Shown here piece by piece: positions 59,901 through 64,000 of a DNA stretch of 64,000 nucleotides. Source of the stretch: a virus (taxonomy: Duplodnaviria; Caudoviricetes). Position numbers and translations under genes: made by a program. The stretch lies in IMG/VR virus record IMGVR_UViG_3300042975_000096. One strand, given 5' to 3'. Each line of letters begins with the position of its first letter. Positions within the stretch are counted from its first letter, which is position 1. The notes under the pieces were generated by a model. That model ran no database searches. It worked only from the letters and a program-made list of their open reading frames with translations, and was not told where the DNA came from.

Positions 59901-60163
59901 TGTTGACCTTTTTCTGAAAGTTTAGCAGAAACATTTTGAATATCGCCAACCAACTGTGATAATGTTTTTATATCACTCTGAAAGTTCTGGTTCATATTTT
60001 TATTATTATCTGTTATTGACTTTAATACAGAGTTTAATTCTCCGACTTTCTTTTTAACATTATCTAAGTTATTAATAATTTCCGTGCTACTTCCATCATT
60101 AATATTTGTAGAAGTAGCACTGTCCTTAGTAGACGTGTCATAACGATTAAATTTTGAATCCAT
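53915..60163 (-). CDS. Tape-measure-like protein 3 with NlpC/P60 peptidase domain
   Basis: 2082 aa; GKEYLLGG...YDCSGLTQ...PGDILF...GHSAIYAGNGKVIHA; directly follows the chaperone and tube genes. Confidence 0.85.
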   Translation of the reverse strand: MDSKFNRYDTSTKDSATSTNINDGSSTEIINNLDNVKKKVGELNSVLKSITDNNKNMNQNFQSDIKTLSQLVGDIQNVSAKLSEKGQQLQTSNVESKIAELKSVFDNIKNNVNSSEIADAIDEGIRQGLSSSSSDSIKSIIGDVDSGFAQVNDILSKISEKMSENSTKANSFNNAMKEAQSSASQFGHEADSASQSAEQAGAQAQEVFQNQAQQLKDQSETINTLFEHMSKVNQMNANSKEFIDSVMNSITTVAGMDILKQISNVADQTTQAIKNGGLTNEQQANLTQNTSNTLIGSMTSMLNEIKTNNSSDVKRSASNHLLDFIDNSKQMIEGQIRVLDWHSRQEGGDSSQSSAYQKQIEILTDGLKMFQENVENAKKEINSIISSSISEEIKQDMAEFENINNPDPENATRKKVDLDIASRNYGTLASGVASGIDGTNNALEALGAKNGKTGGLFYKYVKTGNLLGNESDLGKNLQTAKRTGVLSQMQMPKWTQDLERAKNAQDREAMQTAMGGMSTISSANADAVINTASGMNLKSGGGKSLSPDDKKILDGFGKSVEEALKNVNATIRAVEEIDPNDETLGKLRAQSEALSDIKNQVDSVKDKSSNLATIFSDIWSGVKKFKNLLAGGLGLLGLGALLNPISFIEKGVGLEEDEGKRRYNMAKSDAYMGADFNPARMKEFSRTLGDEYYSMTSGMIGFDEPMKYRDAMAHGVGGHYGSSPNMAAADMDIIAKNTFAISKVYDISSSTVANMMKTFYKDLGMSANEASYTLVSLAQTANSAGIPVEKYVQTVTGMANSLRESGVDGRQVLSSMNALVGRGLRVEDAQSLVQSQARANTNMAKDYNSSAFFGMMAGQGGDPISLISQGLMSHDEKGAPRGDYYQVMAQRVMQEAMFKGSIGGGLNNGAGLSMFIESLRQRGYTDKDSSMIADAAQKGHTGLVADLLSKADAHKDGGKQQLAEAMVDAKQKIAEASKQLAATQKIEADVTMAEKHVGEAINDYLTGPLSIFREGFANALDTIVTKIGEFAKGLDDFLNSKAGQTVTSTIGDHPFLTAGVVGATAIGLPMAARFAKNRAGAFIKDTASNAATHLPSGGKGRVGAAAGFLGKALPLTLGMAAMGGVAYGAYKLYQMFSSGTAKTQTVNGEQASSQYMSNYSGFMNEWEKRQKDNKPSEFDKQDKDWADDSHTSYGGNRGGDDDQTPPDNGSPNADIPNTGDVDKNNSILEQQIINKINSPTIDLPGDKDSDGKKSGFMSDNGLVATASAFGLATVGANYANRSNRENSKAQQNQESRMLGDLSTFGKNSSKMLRYGAPAVGGLISAGSEIYDYYQHPDRFTGGERFARGALDMIGTVGGGLLGAAAGSAVGPAGTVLGGAAGSAGGQWLANQAKKMFGISDDDGIKREHDRYTQTVDGAKEKYTQNSNSLVNSNDDRAKSADRALREHGMKLDGLTKDQQQYMDNIFNQLKSMGLSDLVASFLAGQQTSAATDKAKNDGTYAAENDGDTHAQYLDYVMTEYGDSDNEHAPIIYNTAQNGSYYWNHVYDDEQGDNFKDGSPISDRFMVYDEQYRQRNNEDIPLSQRNLGRDEYQMLQEYDRERGTKYVSEYGDSGTAFQHLRDDNRAKDFAKFSSEAIDGDWGKQYGLGLEDRKKWATARALQNKANETGDGSGNGKTDDAEAIRKKYNATPPPTNNKENQRQKIVDFATSAIGKEYLLGGTGPNAYDCSGLTQASYAAGGVSLVRQADDQYDQMKNAGALSTNFSNIKPGDILFSKGSYPGDNGVGHSAIYAGNGKVIHAKGKDYGVVKEDFDPSGWLAYGDASKVGASGDVPDNYTPGAGDGVGSNTAQTPEEALNNAMKGRDALLTQLGKMGGGLSNAELLKDKVATGQLIIDGTTALSANGKSLTLAGVRKNFRMNSGEKDFDRYGYGLNGAFTGDGKVALNKDGKASTGPLEMNKVLDAKYEPKPPTYHAYKNADQTLLAANDKAQAEKDAINNQNNAAYKENQRKIQEAQDKATEENKAENQEKVKIEITAVDNSGDKVKKQLEDINKQVNSVKAATQKTSKDVISAILAINSQLANR

Positions 60164-60184
60164 TAATAAATTCCACCACCTTTA

Positions 60185-61159
60185 TTATTTAATTTCTATT
60201 GCATCTAAATCATCAGGATTTACACCTGCTTTTTGTGCATCTTCATTAATTGACTTTATTACTTTTTCATTCTCTTTATCAGCCATTTTTGTATTAGCAA
60301 TTGCCCTACTTAAGAAATCTTCCTTAGATTCTGTAGCATTACCCTTTCTAACGTCATCTGACAATTCTGTTATCTCATCTTCATTCATAAACATTTTCAT
60401 TTTTTTGTCAAAATCTTCATCAACCGTTGTATCTTTATATGAGATAATTTGATTCGGGTTATTTGGGTTCACTTCTTCGTGAGCTTTTGTTTTATTTACT
60501 TTATTCGGCTTCAATCCTTTAGCTTGTGCTTCAAGTGAATTTTCTTGCTCCCTTACTTTCATTGCCAATTCAGGATTCATATAAAATGCCATATAATCCA
60601 TTTTGTTTTTTAATTTTTCTTCTTCTTCTTTTTCATCTTCTAACAATTGATAATAATAATAAAACCACTGGTGGTCATTCATCTTTTTAACTCTATCTTC
60701 TGTTGGTAGTGCTCCTGCTGATTTCATCACTTTAAATCTAACACGAGAAAAGAAATCTTTACTCATTTCTTTTATCTGTTCTAAGTTATCAATTGCTTCT
60801 AACTGCATCTTATCTAATTTTTGATATTCCGTAAACAGTTCATCGATAACCTGCGTTGGCAATTTTGGAAAAATTAACTCTTTTGATTCATCATCAACTT
60901 CAATATTATTGATTGATATTAATGCTGTTTTAACAACTGTTATTTTAAAATTTAACCAGCTGGTTGCATCATCATGAACAATCGTAGAAATAGACCATAC
61001 CTTTGCATGTTCTTGACGATTTAATGTTTTAAATCCCCAATCTTTATTAAATCTATTGATTATTTTAATGCCATATCCATTAAAAATTATTTGTTCTAAT
61101 AAATCTTTCTTTTCTTCTTCTTCTTTTTTCTTATCGTCCATTATCTCACCAACTTTCAA
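60185..61159 (-). CDS. Putative tail assembly chaperone (long paralogue; likely start ATG 61142)
   Basis: Lies between the tube and tape-measure genes; WGFKTL, LPTEDRVKKMNDHQW. Confidence 0.65.
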   Translation of the reverse strand: MKVGEIMDDKKKEEEEKKDLLEQIIFNGYGIKIINRFNKDWGFKTLNRQEHAKVWSISTIVHDDATSWLNFKITVVKTALISINNIEVDDESKELIFPKLPTQVIDELFTEYQKLDKMQLEAIDNLEQIKEMSKDFFSRVRFKVMKSAGALPTEDRVKKMNDHQWFYYYYQLLEDEKEEEEKLKNKMDYMAFYMNPELAMKVREQENSLEAQAKGLKPNKVNKTKAHEEVNPNNPNQIISYKDTTVDEDFDKKMKMFMNEDEITELSDDVRKGNATESKEDFLSRAIANTKMADKENEKVIKSINEDAQKAGVNPDDLDAIEIK

Positions 61160-61209
61160 TTATCCTTACTAATAATAAAATAAAATGTCTGTTACGTTTC
61201 ATTACCAAT

Positions 61210-61242
61210 AAAAAAAAGAGATACAATTAAGTATCTCTTTTT
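61210..61242 (-). terminator. Intrinsic terminator after the tail-tube genes
   Basis: AAAAAGAGATAC...GTATCTCTTTTT inverted repeat. Confidence 0.72.
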
Positions 61243-61245
61243 ATA

Positions 61246-61917
61246 TCAATAAACGTCAGCATAAGAAATCGTTGCTTGCTCTGCCACCGTAATATTCTGT
61301 ACGGAATACGTTTTAGAATAACTCTGAATCCAACAATCAATATAAGTTTCTACATAATATACATCATCAGAACCTTCACGTCTTGTTTTCACCTGAATTT
61401 CCAAAGGAACTTTTTGGTCTTTCAAAGTCTTAAACGTTAATCTCGTTTTTGTTTTATAACCATCAGCTTCACTTTTAACCGTTGGCGCATCCCATGTATT
61501 TGATGTACCATCTTTTGAATCATAAACCTTTGAACCAACCTCATTGAATGGAACACCATTAGTAGTTAAACCCAATGCATTCCAAATTGAAGATTCATAC
61601 AAAGCAATACGATTAACTGAAATTGTACCACCATTAGTATTGTTAGGAACTGCTTGCACAACACCTTCCCAACCAATAGCTTGCAACTTGTTAATGTTTC
61701 TTGATTCTGAAACGTTAAAAGATTGAATCATTCCTACAATACATCCATTTGCATAAATAAATATGTTAGTGGATGTCATTGCCCCTGCATTATCATATGA
61801 GGACAATGGTTTCATAGTGTTATTTGCTACACGAATATCATTTCTCGTAGCTCTATGAGTGTTTGTAGAAGTGTTTTGACCAAAGTTATTAAAGTGTCTA
61901 GTTGAATCATAAGCCAT
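61246..61917 (-). CDS. Tail tube protein (paralogue B)
   Basis: VGMIQSF...SESR...LQAIG.EGVVQAVP.NT.GG.I...R...ETYIDCWIQSYSK; downstream of the sheath gene. Confidence 0.8.
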   Translation of the reverse strand: MAYDSTRHFNNFGQNTSTNTHRATRNDIRVANNTMKPLSSYDNAGAMTSTNIFIYANGCIVGMIQSFNVSESRNINKLQAIGWEGVVQAVPNNTNGGTISVNRIALYESSIWNALGLTTNGVPFNEVGSKVYDSKDGTSNTWDAPTVKSEADGYKTKTRLTFKTLKDQKVPLEIQVKTRREGSDDVYYVETYIDCWIQSYSKTYSVQNITVAEQATISYADVY

Positions 61918-61933
61918 TATCTACTCACCCCCA

Positions 61934-62566
61934 TTAACCATTATTCGTAATAACACTACTATATACGTCAGAATACTGAATCGTAGCCTGTTCTGTTACA
62001 GTAATTGTTCCACTTGCAATTGCTTTAGAATATGTTTGTAACCAACAATCTGTATATGTTTCAACATTATACGTTGTGTTTTGGTCATCAGGCAATTTCG
62101 TTTTTACCTGCAACTCCAAAGGAACACGTTGTTCTTTCAAAGTCTTAAACGGATTTCCTAACGTATTTGTTGAACTACTATATGCCGTTGCTGAATTATA
62201 CACCTGACTATCCGTTGTTGCAAACTGACCAGTCGGTGTCAATCCTAATGCATTATATAAATTACCATTAAATATTGCAAAACGTGACAATGAAATCTGA
62301 CCACCACGAGTATTACCAGGAACAGATTGGACAACACCTTCTGTTCCCAGTTCCTGTATCTTAACAATATCTCTAGATTCAGATGGAGTAAAGGATTGTA
62401 CAAATCCAATTCTCATGTTATTTGAATATATTTCAATATTTGTACTAGTTACAGGTAGAGATGCGGAGTTATCCGCAATCTCTGGCATACCTGTGGCACG
62501 TTGAGTATTTAATGCTTTATTTGTACTTGAAGTATAAGCTGATTTTGTACCGCTTACTAATGCCAT
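61934..62566 (-). CDS. Tail tube protein (paralogue A)
   Basis: IGFVQSF...SESR...IQELG.EGVVQSVP.NT.GG.I...R...ETYTDCWLQTYSK. Confidence 0.8.
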   Translation of the reverse strand: MALVSGTKSAYTSSTNKALNTQRATGMPEIADNSASLPVTSTNIEIYSNNMRIGFVQSFTPSESRDIVKIQELGTEGVVQSVPGNTRGGQISLSRFAIFNGNLYNALGLTPTGQFATTDSQVYNSATAYSSSTNTLGNPFKTLKEQRVPLELQVKTKLPDDQNTTYNVETYTDCWLQTYSKAIASGTITVTEQATIQYSDVYSSVITNNG

Positions 62567-62606
62567 TAAAAATCACCTGCCATTAAAATTTTATAATATT
62601 CTGAAA

Positions 62607-64000
62607 TTAAGCACTCATACCAAAGCTAATCGTAATATAGTTCAATGGAGAAACCGCTTCTATTTCAAAGTTAACAAGAACTTCGCGTGGGTCATCCGCA
62701 CTATCTTTTACCGTCGGGCCTGTATAGCTTAAGATTATTTCTTGTGAAACAAACTGACTTAAAATACTATTAACTGTGAATTTAATGTTTGTTTTAGCAG
62801 CAGGAAGATTCTTGATACCAACATACATTTCATCACATGATTTACGAACCTGTGCAATAACATAGTCTTTAATCTGTACGTATGTGATTTCTGTTGTGAT
62901 AATCTCATCATCTTTTGTGGTAATACCATGACGAACACGGATACCATTAGATTTTTCCTCAACAACACAGCAACCTGATTCAGCAAGTGCATTCTTTTCA
63001 ACTTCCGTATATGTATCCAACAATGAGTTAAATCCACATGCGATTTTTTTACGTGTTAATGGCTCTGCTGGGTCATGCGTAAATGCAACCGTAGCAACAC
63101 CCAATGCTAAATAGCAACCTGGCAATGTACGAGTATTAATTCTACCTGTTGACAAGTTTTTAACATCATAAGAAACACGACCAGGAGTTACATAAACAAC
63201 ACGTTCATCAGAATAAGCTTCTGCCTGTTGTTTCATACCCAAAGTCTTATCAGCAGCAGTTGCTGCTTTATTAATCTTCTGACCTGCATAAGAAGATAAG
63301 AATACCATACGCTCATGTCTTCCACTTTCAGCAGACATTGTATTAACATGAGATTGAGCATAAGAACCAACATTCGTTGAAGTTGTCAATGGAACAATCG
63401 CATTAACATTATCAACACCTGCAACATCCTTAGTCAATTTATCAATAGCAGCCTTCATTTCATAATCAGAATCATTTTTAGCCTGTACACATACGACTGG
63501 ATTTACTCCTGCCTTAAATGCAAGTTCTGCACCTAATGCCAATGAGTTTGTTACAATTGAAGAAGCCGTTACATCATAGTTACCATATTCTTGAACAACA
63601 TCGTCATAAGAATAGAAAACTTTTGGTTCATAATCTTCAATGGCTTTTTTGTATTTATAAGAAATATAATATACATTATTTTCCGCAATCGCTTCACCAA
63701 ATGTAGCAGCAGTTGTAACAATACGAACCGTATCACCTGTATTAACGACATCTTTATCAAAATCAGGAAGCAAGAATGTAATACCAGGAATAATATTCAA
63801 ATATTCTGATACTGCATCTACCTTTTTCGGGCCATAAATAACAGTGTTATCGGAAACTCTTGTTATCTGAACTTCTTTTGTTGCACTATCAACTACTTCC
63901 AAATCATACGTTCCACTAATAACCTCATCGGAATCAGTTACTAAGAAATATTTATAATCTTCAGCAGATTTTACTTCTTCCTTATTCACAGGAACGAATG
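62607..64000 (-). CDS. Contractile tail sheath protein (5' end outside the window)
   Basis: HVNTMS...ERM, PAEPLTRKKI, IRVRHGITT, EITYVQIKDYV, PLNYITISF. Confidence 0.88.
   Translation of the reverse strand, partial: FVPVNKEEVKSAEDYKYFLVTDSDEVISGTYDLEVVDSATKEVQITRVSDNTVIYGPKKVDAVSEYLNIIPGITFLLPDFDKDVVNTGDTVRIVTTAATFGEAIAENNVYYISYKYKKAIEDYEPKVFYSYDDVVQEYGNYDVTASSIVTNSLALGAELAFKAGVNPVVCVQAKNDSDYEMKAAIDKLTKDVAGVDNVNAIVPLTTSTNVGSYAQSHVNTMSAESGRHERMVFLSSYAGQKINKAATAADKTLGMKQQAEAYSDERVVYVTPGRVSYDVKNLSTGRINTRTLPGCYLALGVATVAFTHDPAEPLTRKKIACGFNSLLDTYTEVEKNALAESGCCVVEEKSNGIRVRHGITTKDDEIITTEITYVQIKDYVIAQVRKSCDEMYVGIKNLPAAKTNIKFTVNSILSQFVSQEIILSYTGPTVKDSADDPREVLVNFEIEAVSPLNYITISFGMSA

Noticed and set aside
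1090-63809. Numerous plus-strand ORFs and short alternative-frame minus-strand ORFs in the ORF track
   Set aside because: They overlap longer motif-bearing minus-strand genes and show no recognisable motifs; treated as shadow ORFs
1-64000. Stop-codon reassignment, tRNA or rRNA genes
   Set aside because: Very long ORFs are intact under code 11 and the breaks are frameshifts rather than in-frame stops; no cloverleaf or rRNA-like sequence was noticed in the short intergenic gaps

Overview
This window is a segment of a large, AT-rich, contractile-tailed dsDNA bacteriophage (myovirus-type, probably a large/jumbo phage of a Bacillota host). All credible genes are on the minus strand and read with the standard code 11. 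In transcription order (right to left): tail sheath, two tail-tube paralogues, tail chaperones, three paralogous ~2000-aa tape-measure-like proteins each with different peptidoglycan-hydrolase domains, baseplate and fibre genes, a replication block (SF2 helicase, helicase loader, DnaB, primase zinc finger), and an accessory region. That region holds two HU genes, two cas-less type I-C CRISPR mini-arrays with a duplicated leader and promoter, an OFA-family MFS transporter, a 2H phosphoesterase and a type IIA topoisomerase. The most striking locus is 2771-8446. There gyrB is fractured into two genes carrying the halves of a naturally split intein. Between the halves is a cassette with a CmoA-like carboxy-SAM synthase and two C5-cytosine DNA methyltransferase-fold proteins whose motif X lacks the conserved Asn (one has Arg, GRTV). 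This points to a candidate DNA cytosine carboxymethylation system. Four or five genes carry apparent single-base insertions next to GG/CC, which may be sequencing errors. All calls come from motif recognition by eye; no database searches were run.
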